NCBI GenBank assembly: GCA_963663035.1
Contig: OY760074.1
Span: 192,001-256,000 of the forward strand
Direction: 5' to 3'
Source of the DNA: Acidobacteriota bacterium
GTDB taxonomy: Bacteria; Acidobacteriota; UBA6911; RPQK01; JADFOI01
Length of the DNA stretch: 64,000 bases
Made by a program: the position numbers and the translations under genes. This document shows, one piece after another, positions 28,799-37,979 of this stretch. Below the pieces are notes generated by a model. That model was not told the DNA's origin, ran no database searches, and saw only the letters and a program-made list of their open reading frames with translations. The first letter of the stretch is position 1, and each line of letters starts with the position of its first letter.

Positions 28799-31756
28799 CT
28801 AGGGTTGTAAGAAGGTGAAGCCGGATCGCTTCAGGGTTTCCACAAACTCGCTCTCTGAAGCGACGAAAGCACGGCCCGTGTCCGTGTCCAGGTCGAGAAA
28901 TTGAACCAAATCAAAAGGGGAGTTACCCGCTTCGAGCCCATCCGCATGAACCTGTACGAATGTGTTCACGGGCAAGGTCTGCCGGCCCATAATGGTGGTC
29001 AGCGGGAGCGTGAGCATGCCGTCATAGGCGCGGTAAACGAGTTCCGAGCAGACCAGGAGGTCGGTGGAAAAGAAGTCGAACTCGAAATCATAGGGTTTGC
29101 CATGATGGGAGAAGGCACGGGCAATGGCCTCGCGACGTTGAGCGTTGGTCAACCGCGGTCGGAGTACTGCCACCGCATCCGACTCGCCCACCGCGTGTTC
29201 CAGACTGGTGAAGATCACTCCCTCACTCATGGCCTCGATGACGGCATGGGAATGGCCGGCTGCATCCCGTCTGAGAAAGTCATCCCAATGGGGTGTTACC
29301 CGGAGATCATCGGCTACACCCATCTCCTCGAGGGTGTCCGCGTCACCCAAATAAAAGGCGGCGTGGGGCCAGAATCCCGGTAAGAAGGCGTTGGACAAAA
29401 ACCAGTTTCTCCGCGCTATGATGATGTCGCCCGGTTGAAGCAGCTGCCGCAGTTCCTCCACCTGCTCGGGACCAATCAGTCCCTGGTGGCGAGGGCGATC
29501 TCTGAGACGGAAGTCGCCGATCCACGTTGAAACCAGTGCCTGGGCCCGATAAAGCGGGTCCCTCACAGAAAGACGCACTTCCTGGAGGGCCAGCTCCAGC
29601 CTGCGGGCACCGATTTGATCGACAGCCTGCTCAATGGCGGGCCCTGCTCCAAGGGCTGCTTCTACGAGTTCGTCCCAGGGTGGACCGCTTCCGTAAGCAC
29701 CCGTCTTCTGCAGGCGGTCAAAAGTTTGGGCAGCCTCCTGAAGCTGAGAGACCAACTCCGCACTGGAGAGGCTGGCCAGCAGGCGGTCGTAGGTGCCTTC
29801 TTGAATCTCCCAGGCCGAGTCCCCCTCGTTGAGTTTGCGCTGGGTCTGTTCGTCGTCGCCGAAGGTATCGACGATGGCGGCTGCCTTTTCCAGAAGTGTG
29901 GCCGCACTTGCATAGGCAAGCAAAAAGGCACGCCCCTCCATCTGGCCTTCCATTGAATCATCGTGCGCTGCCCGGTAGGTCCAGACAGTCCGCAGGAGTG
30001 CCGTGCGCAGGTTGAGGTAAGTCAAGAGTAGCTGGTGGATGGCATCGTCATCCTCCTGGCTATAGAAGCTGCCTTCTCCCCTCGAGAACGATTCACGCAG
30101 ATTGTGCATGCCCTCTTCCAAGCGATCCAGTTCGGCGATGGCAGCGGCCGTACCGCGGCCATCGGATTCAAGCCTGGCAGTGACCAGGACAGGATCCTGA
30201 TTGCGCAGTTCGTACCAGAGCGAGGGAGCCTGGGAAAGATCCTCCACCCCACGATCGCGCAGCTGGGCCACAAAAAAACCGAGCAGAATCAGTAACACAG
30301 CCAGCAGTACAGCGAAGGCCGTGCGCAGGGGTAGAGGCCGACGAGGAGGAAGGCCCGACCATCCCAGCACTTCCACCCGGTATCGATCGCGCATATGGTC
30401 CATGCGCAGGAGAAGATCACTCTGGGCCTGAGCCACCCGGGTGACGGCACCGAGCTTCATCCAAGAACTCACACGTCCTTCCAGATGAGAGAATAGCTTC
30501 CAGACGCGGAGGATATAAAAGCGGGCAAAGAGTCCGGTGGGGATCAGTAAGAGGGTGAAGGCAATGGTTGCGGCAACAGAGGAGTAAAGAGACAGCAACC
30601 AAATCTCGAGCCCGTAAAACAGGGGGAATGCAATTATACCCACCAGGATATGGAAGAATGAAAGCGTCGGGGGGTGTTTCGTTTTGGACAGGATCTTATT
30701 GCTGACTCCCCTGGTCAGGTAGTAGGGAATGGCTCCGGTGAGAAAGCCGAACAGTGCTGGTATGGCGCCCAGGAGAACTTCGGCGGCCACCTGAAGCGGG
30801 GCCAACGGCCCGGGCAGCAGGCGGGCAGCTTCCTCCAGGAGCCGGCGGTCCACCCCGGCCTTCTCACGGAGTCTCTCGTAACGCTCCAGTTTGCGTTCAA
30901 TCTCTGTGACAGCATCCGGGTCTGCTTGGGCGTAATGGTTGAGGCAGTCTGCCGTCCTGTAAAGGAGCTCCCCCCGAAGGCCCTTTCGGTCCACCCCAGC
31001 CAGTCCAGTTTTTCGTACGCGCTGGAGATAGACATCTACCAGCCGCTCCACCAAGGGCAGGTTTTCTTGTGATTCCACTTGGAAGGCAAGCTTCTTGAGG
31101 GCAGAGTCGATCCCTCCGGTCAATTCCCGGATGGCCTGGCGCGGATTCTCGGCGTGGAGCGGGGCGAGATCCGCGATCTTGAGCGGTTCTCCAAAGCGGA
31201 CGAACGCATCGGCCCGGAATTTTCGGCGGGGCTCGAACTGAAGTCCGACCGGGACAATCCGAAGACCCAGGGTAAAGTCGGTAGCCGACTCCGCCTTCAG
31301 AGCGATGCGTGCCGCCCCCGTCTTGATGGGTACCACCTGGGGATCGTCCTGACTGATGCCCTCGGGAAAGATGGCGGTGGCAAGCTTCTGGTCAAGGAGT
31401 TCGGCGTAGCGGTCCAGGGCCTCCAGATTGCGTCTCCCACCCCGCGGATCGTCCTGGGCGCGCACCAGTGGAATGGCCCCGAAGGCCTCCAAAACGGTTC
31501 CCAGAGGACCGTAAAAGAGTGTGTGCTTTGCCCCAAAGTGCAGGGGCCGAGCAATCAGATGAACCAAAATGGCAGGGTCGAGCAGGGAGTTGGGGTGATT
31601 GGCCACCAGAAGGACTGCGCCTTTTCTGGGGATTAATTCCGCCCCCTGCACCTGGATGGAACGGTAGTACACCCGAAAGACGAGTCGGAGGAGTGCCTTA
31701 ATGAGGAAACGGACCCACTGCTGGAAGGAGGTCATGATGAACCCAATGTGTACCAA
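28799..31756 (-). CDS. Fusion of glycerolipid acyltransferase, TM region and permuted NlpC/P60 (YiiX/YebB-like) domain
   Basis: NHPNSLLD and FPEG at the N-terminus; PGDII..R...WPHAAFY...YDFEF...CSELV at the C-terminus. Confidence 0.85.
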   Translation of the reverse strand: MVHIGFIMTSFQQWVRFLIKALLRLVFRVYYRSIQVQGAELIPRKGAVLLVANHPNSLLDPAILVHLIARPLHFGAKHTLFYGPLGTVLEAFGAIPLVRAQDDPRGGRRNLEALDRYAELLDQKLATAIFPEGISQDDPQVVPIKTGAARIALKAESATDFTLGLRIVPVGLQFEPRRKFRADAFVRFGEPLKIADLAPLHAENPRQAIRELTGGIDSALKKLAFQVESQENLPLVERLVDVYLQRVRKTGLAGVDRKGLRGELLYRTADCLNHYAQADPDAVTEIERKLERYERLREKAGVDRRLLEEAARLLPGPLAPLQVAAEVLLGAIPALFGFLTGAIPYYLTRGVSNKILSKTKHPPTLSFFHILVGIIAFPLFYGLEIWLLSLYSSVAATIAFTLLLIPTGLFARFYILRVWKLFSHLEGRVSSWMKLGAVTRVAQAQSDLLLRMDHMRDRYRVEVLGWSGLPPRRPLPLRTAFAVLLAVLLILLGFFVAQLRDRGVEDLSQAPSLWYELRNQDPVLVTARLESDGRGTAAAIAELDRLEEGMHNLRESFSRGEGSFYSQEDDDAIHQLLLTYLNLRTALLRTVWTYRAAHDDSMEGQMEGRAFLLAYASAATLLEKAAAIVDTFGDDEQTQRKLNEGDSAWEIQEGTYDRLLASLSSAELVSQLQEAAQTFDRLQKTGAYGSGPPWDELVEAALGAGPAIEQAVDQIGARRLELALQEVRLSVRDPLYRAQALVSTWIGDFRLRDRPRHQGLIGPEQVEELRQLLQPGDIIIARRNWFLSNAFLPGFWPHAAFYLGDADTLEEMGVADDLRVTPHWDDFLRRDAAGHSHAVIEAMSEGVIFTSLEHAVGESDAVAVLRPRLTNAQRREAIARAFSHHGKPYDFEFDFFSTDLLVCSELVYRAYDGMLTLPLTTIMGRQTLPVNTFVQVHADGLEAGNSPFDLVQFLDLDTDTGRAFVASESEFVETLKRSGFTFLQP

Positions 31757-31822
31757 GGAGTATAGACGAGTGGGGAAGAAGAAGAAAGAGGGGACAGTTG
31801 ACTCTCTTCCCTCGTTTGCGTG

Positions 31823-32161
31823 TTAACCAGCGATGATTTCGTTTAGACCTTCGACCAGTTGATCCAACTCCTCGGGTGGCAGGCGTCCGAGCCTTTTTCC
31901 CAGGCGCTTAACCGAAAGCGTACGAACCTGGCTGATCTTGACCCAGGAGGGCGTCTTCAGGCCACTGAGTCTCACCTGTAATGTGAGCGGAAAACCGGCT
32001 TGCTGCGGTTTGTTGGTGAGGGCCATCGCAATGACAGTGCCTGACCTCTCGTTAAAAATCTCTTGGCTTATGACCACAACCGGGCGATGGCCCGCCTGCT
32101 CATTTCCTTGGACCGGATTAAGGTCCGCCCAGAGAATGTCTCCTCTTAGTACTCGGGCCAT
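31823..32161 (-). CDS. PemK/MazF family toxin
   Basis: [27 protein letters not shown]. Confidence 0.93.
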   Translation of the reverse strand: MARVLRGDILWADLNPVQGNEQAGHRPVVVISQEIFNERSGTVIAMALTNKPQQAGFPLTLQVRLSGLKTPSWVKISQVRTLSVKRLGKRLGRLPPEELDQLVEGLNEIIAG

Positions 32162-32388
32162 TCGGCGAGATCCCCGGAAAGACCTTCGTCGGCCAACTGC
32201 TGCTCAAAGGCTGGGTCGAGTTTTGCGCATTCTACGGCCAGTCGAGTGTGCTCAATTCGGCTCAGTTTCTCCTCCACGGCTTCTTGGATTGCACGACTAC
32301 GATTGGGAAACCGGCGCTCAAGGACCAGGCTGTCGATTCGAGCTACCAGCTCATCGTCTAGTGTGATGGCAATCTTCGCTTTCCTCAT
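32146..32388 (-). CDS. Ribbon-helix-helix (CopG-type) antitoxin
   Basis: KIAITLD...[10 protein letters not shown], overlaps the toxin start. Confidence 0.88.
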   Translation of the reverse strand: MRKAKIAITLDDELVARIDSLVLERRFPNRSRAIQEAVEEKLSRIEHTRLAVECAKLDPAFEQQLADEGLSGDLAEWPEY

Positions 32389-32395
32389 GGCTATG

Positions 32396-32414
32396 GTATG
32401 ACAGTTTATCATAC
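32396..32414. promoter_or_regulatory. Probable TA operator inverted repeat overlapping the -10 element
   Basis: GTATGA-N7-TCATAC just upstream of the antitoxin ATG; contains TATGAT on the minus strand. Confidence 0.65.
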
Positions 32415-32612
32415 TACAGCTTCAGCGGCGATCCTTGTAGGAACTCATTTATTTAACCCCTTACCCATAACGACTGAGATTGCAGATCTGCGAAGGTTTT
32501 TTCCTTAAGGAATATCTGACTTAAGGGATTGGAAATCGAAGGCTAGGCTGCTATTATTGAAGAAAGATTAGCGTCTATATGCTCAATCAAGCTGATATCT
32601 TTTGAGTTCACC

Positions 32613-35039
32613 ATGATCCTTTTCGTCGGCCCGCATTATGAGTCACCTAAAATGCTTAAAATCCTAAGGGTGACTGCCGTGCTCAGAACGATCTTGGGCT
32701 GGATGGGAATCGTCTTGTTGGGAGCCGGTTCCTTTCCGGCGGCCAGAGGGCAGTCCTTGAGTCCGGTCCCGTCACATGCCTCCGAGCAACGGGCGGTCCT
32801 GGATCGCTACTGCGTGGTGTGCCACAACGAACAAGCCCTGACGGCCGGACTGGCGCTCGACAATTTGGACATCGAGCAGGTCAGCGAAGGGGCGCCGGTG
32901 TGGGAGAAGGTGTTGCGCAAACTTCAGGGCCGAGCCATGCCTCCTGCGGGTATGCCTCGGCCCGATGAGGCCACCTACGAGTCCCTGGCCAACTACCTCG
33001 AAGGGGAACTGGATGGCGCCAGGCCCAACCCCGGCAGGCCCGTCCTCCATCGCCTCAACCGTGCTGAGTACACCAACGCCATCCGCGATTTGGTGGCCTT
33101 GGAAATAGATGGAACGTCACTTCTTCCCGCCGATGATTCGGGCTATGGTTTTGACAACATTGGCGACGTCCTCTCGGTGTCGCCCATGCTGCTGGAAAGA
33201 TATATGTCAGCGGCACGGAAGATCAGTCGTCTCGCCATCGGAGATCACACGGGAAGTCCCGACTCACAAACCTATGATGTTTCCAGGTTCCTGGGCCAGG
33301 AGGACCGCACCAGCGACGAATTGCCCTTCGGCTCGCGAGGTGGAATCGCAGTTCGCCATTTCTTCCCTCTCGATGGCGACTATCTCATCAAGGTCCGCCT
33401 GAAGACCACCTATGACGGCTCTACTGTTCTCGGCATCGCCGAGGAGCACCAGCTCGACGTTCGCCTGGATCGCCTCGAAGTGGGACGATTCACCGTTGGT
33501 GGCATCGGGTTGGACGCTCCGCGATTCTCCCCGGTGGGGGAGGAGGCGCCGGATGCCCACCTGGAAGTCCGCATCCCGGTCACAGCTGGTCCGCACCTGG
33601 TCGGGGTCTCGTTCAAGAAGGAGACCTGGGCACGTGAACAGACGATTCTACCGACCTTCGCCAGTCTGGAGGGCGAGGAGCCTGGCGTGGGCAGTGTGAC
33701 CATCCGTGGACCCTACAATCCTCAAGGGCCGGGGGAGACGTCCAGCCGGAGCAAGATTTTTGTGTGCCGCCCCACCAGCAGCCAGGATGAGGAAGCCTGC
33801 GCCGGGAAGATTATCTCCGCCTTGGCACGTCTGGCCTATCGCCGTCCGATCGCGGATGATGAGGTCCCCAACCTGCTCATTCCCTACCATGCCGGCCGCA
33901 GCGAGGATGGCTTTGAGGCGGGAATCGAATTGGCGCTTCAGAGAATCCTGGTCTCTCCAGAATTCTTGTTTCGCATCGAACAGGATCCGGAGAATCTACA
34001 GCCGGGTACCACCTATCCCATCAGCGATCTCGAGTTGGCCTCCCGCTTGTCGTTTTTTCTGTGGAGCAGCATACCCGACGGCCCGCTTCTGGATGTAGCG
34101 GTCAACGGACAACTCAAAGACTCCACCGTGCTGGAGACGCAGGTGGGTAGGATGCTGCGCGATCCCCGCTCCAGGGCCCTGGTGAGCAATTTCGCCGGAC
34201 AGTGGCTGTTTCTGCGCAATATAGCGTCGGTGGCGCCCGATTTGGGGGAGTTCCCCGAATTCGACGAGAATCTGCGGGAAGCGCTCCAGCGGGAGACAGA
34301 GCTTTTCTTTGAAAGTATGCTGCAAGAGGACCACAGCGTGGTGGATCTGTTGGATGCCGACTACACCTTCCTGAACGAGCGTCTGGCCCGCCACTACGGT
34401 ATTCCCAACGTCTACGGCAACCACTTTCGGCGGGTGACGCTGGAGCATGAGGAACGGAAAGGATTGTTGGGCAAGGGAAGTATTTTAACGGCCACCTCCT
34501 ATGCCAACAGGACCTCCCCGGTTCTGCGAGGCAAGTGGGTCTTGGACAACGTTCTGGGCACACCGCCGCCGCCGCCGCCGCCCAACGTTCCGGAGTTGGA
34601 GGAAGCCAGCAGCGATGGCCAGCCTCGCACCATGCGCCAACGCATGGAAGAGCACCGTGCCAATCCCGCCTGTGCCGTTTGCCATGCGCGTATGGACCCG
34701 CTGGGCTTTGCCCTGGAGAACTTTGATGCCATCGGTGGGTGGCGGGCCACTGAAGCGGGCAGGCCGATTGATTCCTCGGGAGTTCTGCCTGACGGAACCC
34801 AGTTTGAGGGCGCCTCAGGACTGCGCGAGGTGTTACTGAGCCGCCGCGAGGAGTTCGTCAGGAACGTCACCGAAAAACTCCTGACCTACGCCCTGGGCCG
34901 AGGAACTGAGTATTACGATGCTCCGGCCGTGCGCTCCATTATGCGGGAGGCTGCTCCCAGCGACTACCGCTGGTCGTCGCTGATTGTGGGCATTGTCAAG
35001 AGCACGCCATTTCAAATGAGGAGGTCAGAAGAGCCATGA
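32613..35039 (+). CDS. DUF1592/DUF1588/DUF1585 protein with cytochrome c motifs (start uncertain)
   Basis: CVVCH, HRLNRAEY, ELASRLSFFLWSS, TSPVLRGKW, CAVCH. Confidence 0.92.
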   Translation: MILFVGPHYESPKMLKILRVTAVLRTILGWMGIVLLGAGSFPAARGQSLSPVPSHASEQRAVLDRYCVVCHNEQALTAGLALDNLDIEQVSEGAPVWEKVLRKLQGRAMPPAGMPRPDEATYESLANYLEGELDGARPNPGRPVLHRLNRAEYTNAIRDLVALEIDGTSLLPADDSGYGFDNIGDVLSVSPMLLERYMSAARKISRLAIGDHTGSPDSQTYDVSRFLGQEDRTSDELPFGSRGGIAVRHFFPLDGDYLIKVRLKTTYDGSTVLGIAEEHQLDVRLDRLEVGRFTVGGIGLDAPRFSPVGEEAPDAHLEVRIPVTAGPHLVGVSFKKETWAREQTILPTFASLEGEEPGVGSVTIRGPYNPQGPGETSSRSKIFVCRPTSSQDEEACAGKIISALARLAYRRPIADDEVPNLLIPYHAGRSEDGFEAGIELALQRILVSPEFLFRIEQDPENLQPGTTYPISDLELASRLSFFLWSSIPDGPLLDVAVNGQLKDSTVLETQVGRMLRDPRSRALVSNFAGQWLFLRNIASVAPDLGEFPEFDENLREALQRETELFFESMLQEDHSVVDLLDADYTFLNERLARHYGIPNVYGNHFRRVTLEHEERKGLLGKGSILTATSYANRTSPVLRGKWVLDNVLGTPPPPPPPNVPELEEASSDGQPRTMRQRMEEHRANPACAVCHARMDPLGFALENFDAIGGWRATEAGRPIDSSGVLPDGTQFEGASGLREVLLSRREEFVRNVTEKLLTYALGRGTEYYDAPAVRSIMREAAPSDYRWSSLIVGIVKSTPFQMRRSEEP

Positions 35040-36382
35040 TTATTACCAAGAAAGCCTTACCTCGCCGCACCTTTTTACGCGGTGTCGGCGCCACCCTGGC
35101 TTTGCCGCTGCTGGACTCCATGGTTCCGGCACTGGCGGCCGCACCCGCGGTCCAATCGCCGACCCGCCTGTCCGTTGTCTATGTTCCCAACGGAATGATC
35201 ATGGACAAGTGGACTCCGGCGGCGCTGGGCTCCAATTACGAGTTGACGACGATTATGGAGCCCCTGGCTCCCTTTCGGGATGACATAACGGTGATGAGCG
35301 GACTGGCCCACAATACGGGTTGGGCGTTAGAAGGCGAAGGCCCGGGGGAACATGCCCGCGCCAGCGCCACTTTCCTGACGGGCGTTCACCCCAAGAAGAC
35401 AGAGGGCGCCGATCTTCGCGCGGGGACTTCGATTGACCAGATCGTGGCCCGGGAATTCCGTCAGCACACCCAACTGGCGTCACTCGAGGTGGCCCTGGAT
35501 TCCACCGATGTGGTGGGCACCTGCGACACCGGCTATAGCTGCGCCTACAGCAATACGCTCTGTTGGAGCAACCCCACCACGCCGGTACCGATGGAGAACA
35601 AGCCGCGCGCGGTATTCGAACGATTGTTTGGCGACAGTGACAGTACCGACCCGGCCCAGCTGCGTGCCCGGCGTCGGACCGACCGCAGCATTCTGGACCT
35701 GGTGAGCCAGGATGTCTCTCGTCTCCTGGGGCGGCTGGGGTCCAGGGACCGCGCCAAGCTGACCCAGTATCTCGATTCCATCCGTGATATTGAACGCCGC
35801 ATTCAGATTGCCGAGGAACAGCCGGCCCGCGAGCTGCCCTCCGTGGAGCGGCCCGTAGGGGTTCCCCCGACCTTTACCGCACATTGCAAGCTCATGATGG
35901 ATCTGCAGGTCCTGGCCTACCAGACCGATATGACCCGCGTCATCACCTTCATGATGGGCCGCGAGCAGAACACCCGAGTCTATAACGAGCTCGGCATCAA
36001 GGACGCCTACCACCCCCTGTCGCACCATCAGAACGATTCTGCCAAGATCGCCCAGGTGCTCCAGATCGACATCCTTCACAGTGAGATGTTCGCCTACTAT
36101 CTGGAGAAGATGCGATCGACGCCTGACGGCGATGGCTCCCTGCTGGACCATTCGATTATTCTCTACGGCAGTTCCTTGAGCGACGGCAACCTCCATGTCC
36201 ACAACGATCTGCCCATCATGCTGGTGGGTGGGGGAGCCGGCCAACTCAAAGGAGGTCGTCACGTCCGCTATCCGGACGACACGCCGACCACCAATCTGTT
36301 CCTGACCCTGCTGGACAAGTTGAATATTCCCCTGGAGAACTTCGGCGACAGCACGGGAAGGCTCGATCTGCTGCCCGTCTAG
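35036..36382 (+). CDS. DUF1552 protein
   Basis: PRRTFLRG...LPLLDSM, CDTGYSCAY, GSLLDHS, DSTG. Confidence 0.92.
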   Translation: MIITKKALPRRTFLRGVGATLALPLLDSMVPALAAAPAVQSPTRLSVVYVPNGMIMDKWTPAALGSNYELTTIMEPLAPFRDDITVMSGLAHNTGWALEGEGPGEHARASATFLTGVHPKKTEGADLRAGTSIDQIVAREFRQHTQLASLEVALDSTDVVGTCDTGYSCAYSNTLCWSNPTTPVPMENKPRAVFERLFGDSDSTDPAQLRARRRTDRSILDLVSQDVSRLLGRLGSRDRAKLTQYLDSIRDIERRIQIAEEQPARELPSVERPVGVPPTFTAHCKLMMDLQVLAYQTDMTRVITFMMGREQNTRVYNELGIKDAYHPLSHHQNDSAKIAQVLQIDILHSEMFAYYLEKMRSTPDGDGSLLDHSIILYGSSLSDGNLHVHNDLPIMLVGGGAGQLKGGRHVRYPDDTPTTNLFLTLLDKLNIPLENFGDSTGRLDLLPV

Positions 36383-36399
36383 AAGAAAGTGAGAGGAAG

Positions 36400-37893
36400 A
36401 TGAGTCACAAGATCAAAGGCCCCAAAGCCTCCTGCATGATTATTCTGCTGACCCTGTCGCTGGCCAGTCTGGTGGCAGCCAGCAGTGATCTTCAACTGGT
36501 GGAGGCGGTCGAGAGGGGAGACCGGGAGGGCGTGCGTTCGCTGCTGGAGCAAGATGCCGATGTCAATACCCCTCAGGCCGACGGAACGACGGCACTGCAC
36601 TGGGCGGCCCACCGGGACGATCTGGAAACGGCGGAACTTTTAATGGCTGCCGGCGCAGACGTAAACGCCGCCAACAACTATGGCATCACTCCACTCTCTC
36701 TGGCCTGCACCAACGGCAGTGCGGCTATGGTCGCCAAGCTGTTGGAAGCCGGGGCCAATGCCAACGCCGTCCAACAGACAGGAGAGACGGCCATCATGAC
36801 GGCTGCCCAGACCGGCAACCTTGAGGTGGTGAATCTGCTGCTGGCCCACGGAGCGGACGTCAATGGGCGGGAAACCCGGCGGGAACAGACGGCTTTGATG
36901 TGGGCAGTGGAGCAAAAGCACACGGGAGTGGTGCGTGCATTGATCGAGCGTGGAGCAGATGTTCACGCCCTTTCCAGGGGTGGATTTACGCCCTGGCTCT
37001 TTGCCGCCCAGCAGGGTGATCTGGACTCTGTTCAGGCGTTGATGGGAGCGGGTGTGGACGTGAATACAACCTCGCCGCAATGGGGCAGTGCCCTGGTGGT
37101 ATCGACCGCCCGCGGACATGAGGAGCTCTCATTATTTTTACTGGAGGAGGGCGCCGATCCCAAAGCGGTGGACGGCAACGGGATCACCGCTTTGCACTAC
37201 TCGGTGTTGAAAGGATTGGCGGTCTTCGCTGCCGCCCCCGCCCACTTAGGCGTCAACGCCCACTTGTACCGGCCCAGCATGATGAAATTAGCGAGGGAGC
37301 TCCTGGAACGTGGGGCGAATCCGAACGCTCGAACCGTAACACGCCGTTTAAGGGGTGTCGGAGGTGGCGCCATGGTGGGTGTGGCCGGCTCCACTCCGCT
37401 TATGCTGGCCAGCGCAGCTGCCGATCCCGAACTGGTCCGTCTCCTGATCGAATGGGGGGGCGATGTCCGGCTGGGGACCTTTGGGGATTCAACTCCGCTG
37501 CTGTTGGCGGCGGGCATCGCCAACAAAATGGACCGCCCAAACAAACAGGAGTACGAGAACGCTCTGGAAGTCGCCAAGATGTTGGTCAAAGAGGGTGCCG
37601 ACGTCAATGCCGTCGGCGAGAACGGCTGGACTCCACTGCACGGAGCTGCATACAGTGGAGCGGACGAGATCGTGCAGTTCCTGGTGGACAGCGGTGCCAC
37701 GCTGGATCTGATTGACGTTTATCTACAGACGCCGTGGAGCATCGCGGAGGGCATTATCGGGGCAGGCTTCGTGGCCTTCAGCAAGAAGCCATCCGGCCCC
37801 CACCCCAGTACGGCGAAGCTGCTTCTCGAACTGGGCTCCGATCCCAGGGTCGTTCCGAAGTTGCCGAAAAAGTACAAACAGATTTATCAGTGA
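36400..37893 (+). CDS. Exported ankyrin-repeat protein
   Basis: DGTTALHWAA, GITPLSLAC, QTALMWAV repeats. Confidence 0.92.
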   Translation: MSHKIKGPKASCMIILLTLSLASLVAASSDLQLVEAVERGDREGVRSLLEQDADVNTPQADGTTALHWAAHRDDLETAELLMAAGADVNAANNYGITPLSLACTNGSAAMVAKLLEAGANANAVQQTGETAIMTAAQTGNLEVVNLLLAHGADVNGRETRREQTALMWAVEQKHTGVVRALIERGADVHALSRGGFTPWLFAAQQGDLDSVQALMGAGVDVNTTSPQWGSALVVSTARGHEELSLFLLEEGADPKAVDGNGITALHYSVLKGLAVFAAAPAHLGVNAHLYRPSMMKLARELLERGANPNARTVTRRLRGVGGGAMVGVAGSTPLMLASAAADPELVRLLIEWGGDVRLGTFGDSTPLLLAAGIANKMDRPNKQEYENALEVAKMLVKEGADVNAVGENGWTPLHGAAYSGADEIVQFLVDSGATLDLIDVYLQTPWSIAEGIIGAGFVAFSKKPSGPHPSTAKLLLELGSDPRVVPKLPKKYKQIYQ

Positions 37894-37956
37894 GATTGGA
37901 GCAACGGGTAGTCTGTCCCCACTTTTTATGGGAATGTGGGGAACTTGACTGAGGCA

Positions 37957-37979
37957 GGTAGGGGCTGTGCGCCCCTACC
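37957..37979. terminator. Hairpin between convergent genes
   Basis: GGTAGGGGC-TGTGC-GCCCCTACC. Confidence 0.5.

Noticed and set aside
34561-34583. (CCG)n repeat as a contingency locus
   Set aside because: It encodes the poly-Pro stretch normal for DUF1588-containing proteins.
32613-37893. DUF1592-DUF1552-ankyrin cluster as a new system
   Set aside because: Function is unknown, but the arrangement is common and multi-copy in Acidobacteriota and Planctomycetota; nothing distinctive here.
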